Shown one piece after another: positions 10,387 through 20,250 of a DNA stretch of 64,000 nucleotides (position 1 is the first letter of the stretch; every line of letters begins with the position of its first letter). Both the position numbers and the translations under genes were made by a program. A model generated the notes under the pieces. The model worked only from the letters and a program-made list of their open reading frames with translations, was not told the DNA's origin and made no database searches. Location: NCBI GenBank assembly GCA_050331455.1, contig JBHJGV010000061.1:1136-65135 (forward strand), written 5' to 3'. The DNA is from Alphaproteobacteria bacterium (GTDB lineage: Bacteria > Pseudomonadota > Alphaproteobacteria > JAJFIK01).

Positions 10387-10986
10387 ATGGCCAAGACCGC
10401 ATCGAACGCTGCGTCCTCCACAAACCGCATGCCGACTTCGGGAGGGCTCGCAGGTCGCCTTCTCCGGGGGCTTCAGCGGACGGCCGACGGCTCAGGCGGT
10501 CTTGCCGAGGCCAGCGCCCTGGCGAAGGTCGCCGAGACCGCCACGGCCCTCCAACTGCTCCGGGTATCGGTCGAAACCATGGCGGAAATCTGCGCCGATG
10601 CGAATCGGGCCTGCGACCGGGCCATCCATGCGGCCGACGATACCGAACGGGAGACCCCGGTCCGGCGCGTGGCGGAACGGGTGCGCGATCTGACCGCCGC
10701 GGGCGCCAAAGCCGTGATGCCCGGCCATCCTTCCCTCGTCGAAGGGGCCTGGATGCTGCGGATTCCCCTGCCCGGCGATGATGCCATGACGGTGCGCATT
10801 CCAGGTCTGCGGTCCGTTCCGGCCCTCGACGCCGTCCTCAAGGACACTCACGGCTCCGAGCGAAGCCGTCTGGATGCGCTCCAGACCGGTTTGTCGGAAG
10901 TGCGCGTCGAAATCCGCGACACTCGAATTGCCATTCTTGGCATTCTCGATCACCTCAACGACAGCCTCGACCCCGCTGCCATGTGA
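10387..10986 (+). CDS. Hypothetical protein (helical)
   Basis: 199-aa ORF filling the gap between NUDIX and DUF1045; no recognisable motif. Confidence 0.55.
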   Translation: MAKTASNAASSTNRMPTSGGLAGRLLRGLQRTADGSGGLAEASALAKVAETATALQLLRVSVETMAEICADANRACDRAIHAADDTERETPVRRVAERVRDLTAAGAKAVMPGHPSLVEGAWMLRIPLPGDDAMTVRIPGLRSVPALDAVLKDTHGSERSRLDALQTGLSEVRVEIRDTRIAILGILDHLNDSLDPAAM

Positions 10987-10990
10987 CGCG

Positions 10991-11692
10991 TTAGGCCAGC
11001 GGTGCCCGGTGCGCCACCGTAAAGGGCGCGTCCCGGTCGCGCTGGTGGAACAGACATAGGGCGTCTACGGACAGGCCCGTCGTTCCGAACACGGATGCAA
11101 CCGGTTCCAGCATCTCATGGACTGCGGCAATTTCCTCGGGATCGCTCAAGCGCTCGCTCAGCGTCATGTGGAACAGGAAATCCTCGAACACATGGGGATA
11201 GCCCCAGGCATCAAGCTGTGCCCGCTGGCGGTCGGTCAGTCTTTCGGGTTGGCGCCGGGCCCGGTCGGCCTCTGTCATGGGCGCGCGGAAGCGATCGAAA
11301 TCCCGAACGCAGGCCGCCGCAAGGGCATCCATGTCCGCACACGGCGCACTGAGAATGAATGCGGTAAACCCGTGCAGGGATGCAAGCTCCAGCGCCGGCG
11401 CCTCGAAGGCTTTGGTGCGGGCCGCGAACGCGTCCAGGGCTTCGATCAATTCGGCCCGGCTGGAGCCCGGCGCCAGCGCAAAAGGGGCCTTCAGGGTGGC
11501 ATGGAAGCCGTAGTGGCGGGGGCTGCGGGTGATCTCGTCCAGCCGATAGCCCTGGAGGGGCGCCTCGTCGTCGAGATCGTCCCGCGGCACTGCTTCACCG
11601 GAAAAAGCATCCCGGCCGAGCCAGGCTGCACCGAACTGGCCGAGATCGCTGTCCGGCGCCGGTGCGAAATAAAGGGCGTAACGCTCCATCAT
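10991..11692 (-). CDS. DUF1045 phosphonate-associated 2H-phosphoesterase-like protein
   Basis: RYALYFAP, YGFHATLKAPF, WGYPHVF..F.FHMTL (two HxT motifs); follows phnM. Confidence 0.88.
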   Translation of the reverse strand: MMERYALYFAPAPDSDLGQFGAAWLGRDAFSGEAVPRDDLDDEAPLQGYRLDEITRSPRHYGFHATLKAPFALAPGSSRAELIEALDAFAARTKAFEAPALELASLHGFTAFILSAPCADMDALAAACVRDFDRFRAPMTEADRARRQPERLTDRQRAQLDAWGYPHVFEDFLFHMTLSERLSDPEEIAAVHEMLEPVASVFGTTGLSVDALCLFHQRDRDAPFTVAHRAPLA

Positions 11693-11726
11693 CTCTCTTC
11701 CTCTTGCGGTCCCCTGCCGTCTGGGA

Positions 11727-12869
11727 TCAGGCGACCCGCCGACCGGACCGCCATGTCTCGCGCACGACCGGGCCGTCCGCCCCCAGACGAACCCTCACAA
11801 AATCCGCCCTCAAACCCGGCACCAGGGCGCCGCGATCCGTGAGGCCGGCCATGCGGGCCGGGTTTTGCGTGACCAAAGCGACCGCCTTGGGCAGGGACCA
11901 ACCGCAGCTCTCCACAATCCGGAACGGGGCGCTGATCAGGCTCAACGGCACATAGTCGGAGGACAGCGCGTCCAGGAGATCAAGCTCGGCGAGCCGCGCA
12001 GCGGCCACATTGCCCGAGGCCGAGCCGCCTCGGATCACGTTCGGTGCCCCCATGATCGTCGCCATGCCGCCGGTCCGGGCCGCTTGGGCCGCAATTTCCG
12101 TGGTCGGAAACTCCGAAATGCTTAAGCCCAGCTCCAGGGCCTCCTCGATATGGCGCTCGCTGGCGTCGTCATGGCTCGCGACCATGATCCCTCGCTCGGC
12201 GCAGGCCCGGGCGATGCGGCTTCGGTTCGGCACCGCATGGGCGGCCTGGAGCCCCTTTTCATAGCGCAGGCGTTCGTCGAAGGCGTCCCGGGTTTCCCCG
12301 AAATGGGTCAGCGCATACTCCCGCAGGCGTTCAAGATCCGCAAACTGACGATCGCCGGGCGTGTGATCCATCAGAGAGACCAGCTTGACGCCTTGATACC
12401 CCACATAGCGCTCGAACAGGTCGACGACGTCGGGTTTGGGAATTTCGCAGCGCAAATGGATGAAGTGGTCGGCGCGCAGGGAATCCGCCGCCCGCTGGGC
12501 CGAGACCACCGTCATGGCGTCGTCGAGATAATCGAGGCGCTCCTCCCGCCCGTCCCGCTCACCCAGCGCCACAGCGTCGAACACGGTGGTGATGCCGGAG
12601 GTCGCCACCTGGGCGTCATGGGCGCACAGGGCGCTGAAGCTGGGCCAGAACACGCCAGGACGGGGCATGAGATGCTTTTCGAGATTGTCCGTGTGCAGCT
12701 CCACGAGACCCGGAAGCAGCAGGTCCCCCTCCAGATCCACATGACCCGGCCCGCCATCGTCCACCGCCGAGATGGCCGTGCCCTGCACCGCGAGGCGCCC
12801 GCCGTCGACGACCGTGTCGGGCAGGACCAGCCGTGCGTTGAACAGAATGGTCTCGCGCGCTGACGCCAC
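11727..12869 (-). CDS. phnM: Alpha-D-ribose 1-methylphosphonate 5-triphosphate diphosphatase
   Basis: PGLVELHTDNLE, HLRCE, LMDHTPG.RQF, ASHDD, SEFP, GAPN..RGGS, LSSDYVP. Confidence 0.93.
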   Translation of the reverse strand: MASARETILFNARLVLPDTVVDGGRLAVQGTAISAVDDGGPGHVDLEGDLLLPGLVELHTDNLEKHLMPRPGVFWPSFSALCAHDAQVATSGITTVFDAVALGERDGREERLDYLDDAMTVVSAQRAADSLRADHFIHLRCEIPKPDVVDLFERYVGYQGVKLVSLMDHTPGDRQFADLERLREYALTHFGETRDAFDERLRYEKGLQAAHAVPNRSRIARACAERGIMVASHDDASERHIEEALELGLSISEFPTTEIAAQAARTGGMATIMGAPNVIRGGSASGNVAAARLAELDLLDALSSDYVPLSLISAPFRIVESCGWSLPKAVALVTQNPARMAGLTDRGALVPGLRADFVRVRLGADGPVVRETWRSGRRVA

Positions 12870-13068
12870 GGCGCCTCTCCTTCATGTCTGACGGATGGAC
12901 GGGCTTGGCCGGTTGAGGCACGCCGAGGATGGGCGCCCGAACCCGGCGGGGTGAGCGACTGAGGTCATCCGCACTCTATCGGGATCGTTCCGCCTGTCGA
13001 CTCCAAGCGCGGGCCGGGCGTGACACAAGACATTGGTCCGGCTTCGAAAAGGAAAACATCCTCAACCA

Positions 13069-13096
13069 TTGACGGATTGGTACGATGATGTAGACT
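13069..13096 (+). promoter_or_regulatory. Putative sigma70 promoter for phnF
   Basis: TTGACG-N16-TAGACT in the phnM/phnF intergenic region. Confidence 0.45.
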
Positions 13097-13246
13097 AGTG
13101 ATCAAATGTAAGGAGACAGCTTGCGCCGGTCTGGCCCGATCCCACGGGTTTTACCCAGCCACAAGGGTTCGACGGCGTCTAAGCCCTAAAGATGCGCCGC
13201 GGACGACATCGCTTCAGATGTGTGCCGCGGCAGGAGGTGAAAGACA

Positions 13247-13990
13247 ATGGAACGGACAACCGGCATCGCCCTCTGGCGTCAGATTGCCCAGGCGATCGAA
13301 AGTGAAATCTCCAGCGGCGTCTTTGCGCCGGGATCCCGCCTGCCCACGGAAGCCCAGCTTGCCGAACGATTTTCGGTGAACCGGCACACCCTGCGCCGGG
13401 CCATGTCTTCGCTCCAGGATCGGGGCTTGATCCGGGTGGAGCAAGGGCGCGGCACCTTCGTCCAGGACGATGTGATCGATTATCTCGTGGGACGCAGAAC
13501 CCGCTTCAGCGACAATGTCCGCCGTCTGGGCCGGGTGCCGGGCGGGCGCATGGTTCGCGGCGAGCATATGCCGGCCGATGGCCGGGTCGCCCAGGGTCTG
13601 GGCCTGCGGCCGGGTCAGCTCGTCATTCTGGTGGAGCTGATCCACGCGGTGGATAATCGGCCGCTGACAATCACGGCCCATTTTTTCCCGGCCAGCCGGT
13701 TTGAGGGCATCGTGGATGCCTATCGCGAGGCCAATTCGATCACGCTGGCGTTGCGGAAATTCGGCATCGACGACTATTTCCGGAAGCAAACCCGGGTGTC
13801 CGCCCGCCTGCCGACGGTGAACGATGCGCGCCATCTCAACATGCCTCGCACCCAGCCTATTGTCGTAGCCGAGAGCATCAATGTGGATACGGATGGGCGG
13901 CCCATCGAATTCGCCATCGCCCGCTGCGCCGGCCAGCGCATGCAATTCGTCTTCGAGCCGGGTGAGAAAGCTTCCGCCGCCCCCTTGTGA
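13247..13990 (+). CDS. phnF: GntR/UTRA phosphonate metabolism regulator
   Basis: LWRQIA..LPTEAQLAERFSVNRHTLRRA..EQGRGTFV, RTRFS, UTRA-type C-terminus; GGAGG SD. Confidence 0.9.
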   Translation: MERTTGIALWRQIAQAIESEISSGVFAPGSRLPTEAQLAERFSVNRHTLRRAMSSLQDRGLIRVEQGRGTFVQDDVIDYLVGRRTRFSDNVRRLGRVPGGRMVRGEHMPADGRVAQGLGLRPGQLVILVELIHAVDNRPLTITAHFFPASRFEGIVDAYREANSITLALRKFGIDDYFRKQTRVSARLPTVNDARHLNMPRTQPIVVAESINVDTDGRPIEFAIARCAGQRMQFVFEPGEKASAAPL

Positions 13991-14034
13991 TGGCGGAGCG
14001 AAGGCTGAAGGGCAGAAAAAGCGAAACCGCGCGT

Positions 14035-14069
14035 GAGAGGCTGGGAATGGATCGTTCCCGGCCTCTTTC
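14035..14069 (+). terminator. Probable terminator after phnF
   Basis: GAGAGGCTGGGAA-loop-TTCCCGGCCTCT followed by a short T run. Confidence 0.45.
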
Positions 14070-14233
14070 GTTGAAAACCAGGACATGGGGTGTTTTCCGC
14101 CAGCATCCTTGATGTGATCACGGATGCGCTGGAACCCGTTCCGGCACACCGCTAACCTGCCAGCGGGGGGACGGGGCGCGACACGTCACCGGGCACGGGA
14201 AACCTCCCCGCCTGGAGCAATAGGAGACGGAAC

Positions 14234-14971
14234 ATGCGGACCATGGCGCAGTTTGGGGACACGACCCTTCGGCACCTGACAATGGGCCTTGCGGTGGCCG
14301 GCGGGCTTGCGATCGCGGGCCACGCGGCGCGGGCGGAAGAGGCCGTTGCAGCGAAAGAAACGGCCGGCGAAGCGGAAGCCGAAGCGGCCCAGATTTCCCG
14401 TCCCTTGCCCAAGGGCTTCACCCATGTTTCCGAGGAGATGCGGGAGGGCCTTGAGCCTGTTGAAAAGGCGGATTTCGACATCCTGCAGGTGCGTCCGGGC
14501 ACGGATTTCAGCACCTATAGGCGGGTTTATCTGGAGCCCCTCGCCTATGACCTTTTCGATCCGCGTATCCAGGAAGGCGTGACCGAGCAGGACCGCTCTT
14601 TCCTGGAGCGGACCCTGGTGCGCCAATATGAGCGCCGCATGGGCGGCGTGGTCGATGTGGTCGACACGATCGAAGAAGGCACGCTCGTGCTCAATCTGAC
14701 CGTGACGGATGTGCGCCCGAACCGCGACATCCTGGGCAGCTTTCCGTTGCAGCGCGGCGGCCGCGCGATCAACCAGCAATCCGTCGGGATCGGCGGCATC
14801 GCGATCGAGGGCGTCTTCTCCGATGGCGAGACCGGCGCCATCGTGGCGGCGACCAAGGACCGCTATGAGGGATTCCCCCTTCAGGCCAACCCGAACCTCT
14901 TCACCCGGTACGGCGACGCCCGGGACGGCATGCGCATCTATTTCCGCAAAGTGGCGGACCTGTTGAAGTGA
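14234..14971 (+). CDS. DUF3313-like exported protein
   Basis: Signal peptide ending ARA-EE, DFSTY.RV.LEP, D..TG.IVAA..D pattern; GGAG SD. Confidence 0.65.
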   Translation: MRTMAQFGDTTLRHLTMGLAVAGGLAIAGHAARAEEAVAAKETAGEAEAEAAQISRPLPKGFTHVSEEMREGLEPVEKADFDILQVRPGTDFSTYRRVYLEPLAYDLFDPRIQEGVTEQDRSFLERTLVRQYERRMGGVVDVVDTIEEGTLVLNLTVTDVRPNRDILGSFPLQRGGRAINQQSVGIGGIAIEGVFSDGETGAIVAATKDRYEGFPLQANPNLFTRYGDARDGMRIYFRKVADLLK

Positions 14972-14979
14972 GCAGGAGG

Positions 14980-15007
14980 GGGCGGGTCCCGGTCCCGCCC
15001 TTTTTTT
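14980..15007 (+). terminator. Rho-independent terminator
   Basis: GGGCGGG-loop-CCCGCCC followed by T7. Confidence 0.8.
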
Positions 15008-15082
15008 GCAGCGGCAAAGGGCCATGTCCTTCCCATCCGAGCGGACTGGCCATCCCGGTCAAAGCGCGCCATATACGGTGTC

Positions 15083-17287
15083 ATGAGCCCGTACAATAAC
15101 GGGGCCGGCTTCGGCGAAGCGCCCAATCCAGTCATCTGGATTCCCCACCGGCCCGAGCGTCCTGAAAAATCCGAAGGCGGCATCTCCCTTGAACTCAAAT
15201 CCGAGTTCACGCCCAAGGGCGATCAGCCGACCGCCATCCACGAACTCGTCACCGGTGTCCAGATGGGCGACCGGGACCAGGTCCTGCTGGGCGTCACGGG
15301 ATCCGGCAAGACCTTCACCATGGCGCATATCATCAAGAGCACCCAGCGGCCGGCGCTCATTCTGGCGCCGAACAAGACGCTGGCGGCCCAGCTCTATGGG
15401 GAATTCAAGACTTTCTTCCCGGATAACGCGGTCGAATATTTCGTCAGTTATTATGATTACTACCAGCCGGAAGCCTATGTGCCGCGGACGGACACCTATA
15501 TTGAAAAAGAAAGCTCGATCAACGAACAGATCGACCGGATGCGCCACTCCGCGACCCGGGCCCTTCTGGAGCGGGACGATGTAATCATCGTTGCGTCCGT
15601 GTCTTGCATTTACGGTATTGGTTCGGTTGAAACCTATTCGGAAATGACCTTCTCCATGAAGGTGGGAGACCGGATCGACCGCCAGGAGATCCAACGCAAA
15701 CTCGTGGCCCTGCAATATAAGCGGAATGACCAGGCTTTTGCCCGCGGCACCTTCCGCATCCGCGGAGACGTGGTGGAACTGTTTCCGGCCCACTACGAGG
15801 ACCGGGCCTGGCGGATTGATCTGTTCGGGGACGAAATCGAGAGCATTGTCGAATTCGATCCGCTCACGGGACACAAGGCCAAGGACCTGAAATTCGTCAA
15901 GGTTTACGCCAATTCCCACTATGTGACGCCCCGCCCGACGCTCGAACAGGCCATCGAGCGCATCAAGGTCGAGCTGAAGCAGCAGCTCGACGTGTTCACC
16001 AAACAGGGCAAGCTCCTGGAGGCCCAGCGCCTGGAACAGCGCACCCAGTTCGACATTGAGATGATGATGGCCACGGGATCCTGCCCGGGCATCGAGAACT
16101 ATTCGCGCTACCTGACCGGGCGCCAACCCGGGGAGCCGCCGCCGACCCTGTTCGAATATCTGCCCGACAACGCCCTGGTGTTCACGGACGAAAGCCATGT
16201 GACCGTGCCCCAGATCGGTGCCATGTACAAAGGCGACTACCGGCGCAAATCCACCCTGGCCGAGTACGGCTTCCGCCTGCCCTCCTGCATGGACAACCGG
16301 CCCCTCAAATTCGAGGAATGGGAGGCGATGCGGCCACAGACCGTCCACGTCTCCGCGACGCCCGGGTCCTGGGAGATGGACCGCACCGGCGGTGTGTTCG
16401 TGGAGCAGGTTATCCGGCCCACAGGGCTTGTCGATCCGGTGTGTATCATCCGGCCGGCCAAGACCCAGGTCGATGATCTGATTGCGGAATGTCACGAGGT
16501 CGTGGCCAAGGGCCAGCGGGTTCTGGTCACCACCCTGACGAAACGCATGGCCGAGGACCTGACCGAATATATGCACGAACAGGGCCTGAAGGTCCGCTAC
16601 ATGCACTCGGATATCGATACGATCGAGCGTATCGAGATCATCCGCGACCTGCGCCTGGGCGCCTTCGACATATTGATCGGGATCAACCTGTTGCGCGAGG
16701 GGCTCGACATTCCCGAGGTCGCACTCGTTGCCATTCTGGATGCCGACAAGGAAGGCTTCCTGCGTTCGGAGACCTCGCTGGTGCAGACAATTGGCCGGGC
16801 CGCCCGCAATGTGGACGGACGGGTTCTTCTGTATGCAGATGCCATGACGGGCTCCCTGGAGCGTGCCATAGCCGAAACCGAGCGGCGCCGGAAGAAACAA
16901 CTCGCCTATAACGAGGAGCACGGCATTACGCCGGAGACGGTCCGCAAATCCATCGGGGACATCCTGCAGAGCCTTTACGAGCAGGACCGGGTCACCGTCG
17001 ATACGGGCCTGTCCGAGGACGAAACCCCGTTTATCGGGCACAATATGAAGGCGCATCTTGACGACATGGATAAGCGCATGCGCGAGGCCGCCGCCAATCT
17101 GGAATTCGAAGAGGCCGCGCGCCTGCGCGACGAGATCAAGCGCCTCCAGGAAACCGAACTTGCGGTCATGGACGATCCTTTCGCCCGCCAGCCGGCCATC
17201 GAACAACGCGTCGAGGAACACGCCAAGCCCCGTTCGACCGCCGGCAAACCCGGCACGCGAGCAAAGCGGCCGCGCAAAAAGCGTTAA
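15083..17287 (+). CDS. uvrB: Excinuclease ABC subunit B
   Basis: [48 protein letters not shown]-terminal UVR domain. Confidence 0.99.
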   Translation: MSPYNNGAGFGEAPNPVIWIPHRPERPEKSEGGISLELKSEFTPKGDQPTAIHELVTGVQMGDRDQVLLGVTGSGKTFTMAHIIKSTQRPALILAPNKTLAAQLYGEFKTFFPDNAVEYFVSYYDYYQPEAYVPRTDTYIEKESSINEQIDRMRHSATRALLERDDVIIVASVSCIYGIGSVETYSEMTFSMKVGDRIDRQEIQRKLVALQYKRNDQAFARGTFRIRGDVVELFPAHYEDRAWRIDLFGDEIESIVEFDPLTGHKAKDLKFVKVYANSHYVTPRPTLEQAIERIKVELKQQLDVFTKQGKLLEAQRLEQRTQFDIEMMMATGSCPGIENYSRYLTGRQPGEPPPTLFEYLPDNALVFTDESHVTVPQIGAMYKGDYRRKSTLAEYGFRLPSCMDNRPLKFEEWEAMRPQTVHVSATPGSWEMDRTGGVFVEQVIRPTGLVDPVCIIRPAKTQVDDLIAECHEVVAKGQRVLVTTLTKRMAEDLTEYMHEQGLKVRYMHSDIDTIERIEIIRDLRLGAFDILIGINLLREGLDIPEVALVAILDADKEGFLRSETSLVQTIGRAARNVDGRVLLYADAMTGSLERAIAETERRRKKQLAYNEEHGITPETVRKSIGDILQSLYEQDRVTVDTGLSEDETPFIGHNMKAHLDDMDKRMREAAANLEFEEAARLRDEIKRLQETELAVMDDPFARQPAIEQRVEEHAKPRSTAGKPGTRAKRPRKKR

Positions 17288-17491
17288 ACGAGCCTCCCCT
17301 CCCGCGGGTGTTTCAATTTACAGGTTCAATCGGGTTTTCCTTGATCCAGCGCAAGGGGCAATGAAGAATGAGCCTTATTCTGTGAGATGAGATTGGATTT
17401 TCCAATCGGATCGGCCGGCGACTGCACGCAAAAAACAGGTGTCGACGGCCGGCTCAGCGCAAGGTCCGGGAGATTTCAGGAGGGAACGGGT

Positions 17492-18874
17492 ATGACGCAT
17501 TCGAGGGGGCGGGCATTCATGCTGACCGCGGCGTTGATGGGCGGCGCCATGGCAACGCCGGCATGGGCCGACGGAGAACGGATCGAAGACCGGCTGGAGG
17601 AGCTGGAACTTCTGCTCAAAGAACAACAGGATCAGCTCCGCGTGCTTCGTGAAGAGCAGCAGCGCCTTCAAGCGACCCAGGTGGCCGCCGAAACGGCCGG
17701 AAAGGAAGCGCCCAAAGACGAAGGCGCCTCGGAAAACGCCATCGAATTCGGCAAGACAACGGTGAAATTCGGCGGCTACATCAAGCTTGACGTGATCGCG
17801 TCGAGTTTCAGCGACGGTGAATTGCCGTCAAGCAGTCTGGGTCGTGACTTTTATATTCCCAGTCTCATCCCGGTCATTCCTGACGCTGCGGGTTTTGAAG
17901 AGGGCGACGACATCGACCTCGACTTCAACCCGCGGGAAACGCGGTTCCTGATCGATGCCAACACGCCCTTCGAGAATGGCGTCAATCTGCGTGGATATTT
18001 CGAGATCGACTTTCAGGTCACAAATGATGGTGACGAACGGGTCTCGAACACGTTTCCTCCCCGGATCCGTCGCGGGTTCATCGAAGTCGATGGTCTGACA
18101 CCAGGCACATGGCTGGTTGGGCAGGAATGGTCGACCTTTCACGATGTGTCGGTTCTGCCGGACGGTGTCGACTTTATCGGTCCCACGGAGGGCACGGTGT
18201 TCAACCGTCAGCCGATGATCCGCTACAGCATCGGCAACTGGCAGCTCGCCCTTGAGCAGCCGGAGACGGCGGTCACGCCGTTCGGCGGCGGCGCCCGTTT
18301 GTTGCCGGGCGATGACCGGGTCCCCGATTTTGCTGCCCGCTACACCTTTGACGGTGATTGGGGCTATGTAAGACTGCAGGGCATTTTGCGCGAGCTGCGT
18401 GCCGAGAATATCGGGAGCCTCGGCGACGGCACGGCGAGCACGGTCGGCTATGGCGCTTCCCTTTCCGGAAAGATGCCCGTGTTCGACACGGGCAATGTGA
18501 TCCGCTTCATGGTGACAGCAGGTGACGGGATCGGACGCTATGTGGGCGTGAACATCATCAACGACGTCGTCGACGACGGGATGGGAGATCTGGAAGCCCG
18601 CGGACTCTTTTCCGGCTTCTTCTCCTATCAGCATTTCTGGAGCGACCAGTGGCGCTCCAATGTCACCTTGAGCGGCTTCAAGGCGTTCGACGACACGGAC
18701 CTCACCGGGCTCACCGAAACGCGCGACGTGCGCAGCATTCGCAGCAGTCTGATCTATTCGCCGGTGCCGAAACTGGATCTTGGTTTTGAAGCCACATGGG
18801 CCTCCCGGACCATCGAGAACGGCAATAGCGGGGAGCTGTTCCGGACCCAATTTGCCATGAAATACAAGCTCTGA
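17492..18874 (+). CDS. DcaP family trimeric outer-membrane porin
   Basis: Signal peptide, coiled coil, FGGYIKLD, ETRF, GQEWSTF, RQPMIRY, GDGIGRY, C-terminal QFAMKYKL. Confidence 0.85.
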   Translation: MTHSRGRAFMLTAALMGGAMATPAWADGERIEDRLEELELLLKEQQDQLRVLREEQQRLQATQVAAETAGKEAPKDEGASENAIEFGKTTVKFGGYIKLDVIASSFSDGELPSSSLGRDFYIPSLIPVIPDAAGFEEGDDIDLDFNPRETRFLIDANTPFENGVNLRGYFEIDFQVTNDGDERVSNTFPPRIRRGFIEVDGLTPGTWLVGQEWSTFHDVSVLPDGVDFIGPTEGTVFNRQPMIRYSIGNWQLALEQPETAVTPFGGGARLLPGDDRVPDFAARYTFDGDWGYVRLQGILRELRAENIGSLGDGTASTVGYGASLSGKMPVFDTGNVIRFMVTAGDGIGRYVGVNIINDVVDDGMGDLEARGLFSGFFSYQHFWSDQWRSNVTLSGFKAFDDTDLTGLTETRDVRSIRSSLIYSPVPKLDLGFEATWASRTIENGNSGELFRTQFAMKYKL

Positions 18875-18900
18875 CCGGTCCGAAACAGCGATGGACCTTG

Positions 18901-18938
18901 AAAAAAAGGAGGGCAGCCCGCGTGAGGCTGCCCTTTTT
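18901..18938 (+). terminator. Rho-independent terminator
   Basis: AGGGCAGCC-loop-GGCTGCCCT followed by a T tract, with an A tract upstream. Confidence 0.85.
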
Positions 18939-19088
18939 GTGTGTCCCCCACCGTCATGACCAACGGGCCCCTTCTGCACGGGCGACCGGCCGCTGTGCGA
19001 AAAACCCGTGCCTGTCCATGGTCAGCCGGGGCCCCCTCCGTTTAAGATGTGCCTCGCGAGGTCAACATCCGAGGGGGGAAATGACGGC

Positions 19089-20120
19089 ATGCGCGTGCTC
19101 GTGCTCACGGATCATCACGCCTTCAGCCACTATGATTCCCAGTTTGCGCTGACCCGAGCCCTGCGCCGCCGTTGGGGGCTGAGCGTTCATGTGGCCTCGC
19201 GCCGCGATCCCAACAATGCGGACTTTTTCGCCGATCCCACAGGGGCCGAGATCTGGACGCGCTGGGCCGACCGGCATTTCTTGTTCGAGACTGGCGCGGA
19301 CTGGTTCGAAGGACGCACAACGCCCCGCCCGCTGACCGCCTTCGGCGCCGTCATCCACAAGATCGAGCCGCCCCTCGACGAAGCCTTCCTCGCAAAGCTT
19401 GCAAGCTTTGAAGACCGGATCGTGTTCATCAACAGCCCCTCCGGCATGATCCGGACATCGACCAAGCTGTTTCTCCGCCATGTTGCCGATCTCGTGCCCG
19501 GTTTTGCGGTCTGCGAGACCGTGACCGATGTGGTCGCCCATCTGGCCCTTGAGCCGTCGATCGTGATCAAACCCGCCTCGGGCTCCAGCGGTCGGGGCCT
19601 CATTCGCATCGGTCCCGACGGCGTCTGGGACGGCAGCACGCGGCTCGATGGCGGTATCACGTCTCCCTCCGTCCGTCGGCTGATCGCCGAGACCCTGCCG
19701 GGCATCGCCATGCGCTTTCTCCCCGACGTGGTGGAGGGCGACAAGCGGATCCTGGTGTTCAACGGGTCGATCCTGGGTGGGCTCTTGCGCCTGCCCAAGG
19801 CGGGCTCGTGGATCGCCAATGTGGCCCAGGGCGGGCGGGTCCGGGCCACGGGAATCGACGAGGAAGAACGGGCGATCGTTGCGCGAATCGATCCGCTGAT
19901 GCGCGAGCACGGCGTCCCCATCTATGGGATCGACACTTTGCGGGCGCCGGACGGATTTCGCGTTCTGTCGGAGATCAATACGGCCAATCCGAATGGCATG
20001 ATTCAGATCGAAACCCTGGGCGGACAGCCGGTTCTGGCACCCCTGGCCGCCGGCATGCACCGCTTCATCGCCGACCGGCTGATGGAGCTGCGCCTGGCGT
20101 CCCGAAGGGGCGGCGGGTGA
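19089..20120 (+). CDS. Glutathione synthetase-like ATP-grasp ligase
   Basis: FINSPSG, VIKP..GSSGRG, GDKRILV.NG, R.P..GSW.ANVAQGG, LSEINT.N. Confidence 0.8.
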   Translation: MRVLVLTDHHAFSHYDSQFALTRALRRRWGLSVHVASRRDPNNADFFADPTGAEIWTRWADRHFLFETGADWFEGRTTPRPLTAFGAVIHKIEPPLDEAFLAKLASFEDRIVFINSPSGMIRTSTKLFLRHVADLVPGFAVCETVTDVVAHLALEPSIVIKPASGSSGRGLIRIGPDGVWDGSTRLDGGITSPSVRRLIAETLPGIAMRFLPDVVEGDKRILVFNGSILGGLLRLPKAGSWIANVAQGGRVRATGIDEEERAIVARIDPLMREHGVPIYGIDTLRAPDGFRVLSEINTANPNGMIQIETLGGQPVLAPLAAGMHRFIADRLMELRLASRRGGG

Positions 20121-20250
20121 GCTGGCCCTTGACAGGGGCCGCCCCGGGCGGTTGCCTTGCATCCGGCGCCCCGCCCTCGCCCCTTGCGCCGGCTTTCCCC
20201 GCCTCTGGGGCGCCCCACCCGAAGACGTGCGACCCCAAGGACCGTGATTC

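Noticed and set aside
13010-13100. Pho box or PhnF operator
   Set aside because: Only a single weak TGTCA half-site and an imperfect GTAGAC core; not convincing
15059-17221. 720-aa antisense ORF over uvrB, and similar long shadow ORFs such as 4552-6183, 5255-6943, 32249-33835 and 48128-49750
   Set aside because: Expected stop-poor antisense frames of high-GC genes; no motifs and largely or fully overlapped by confident genes
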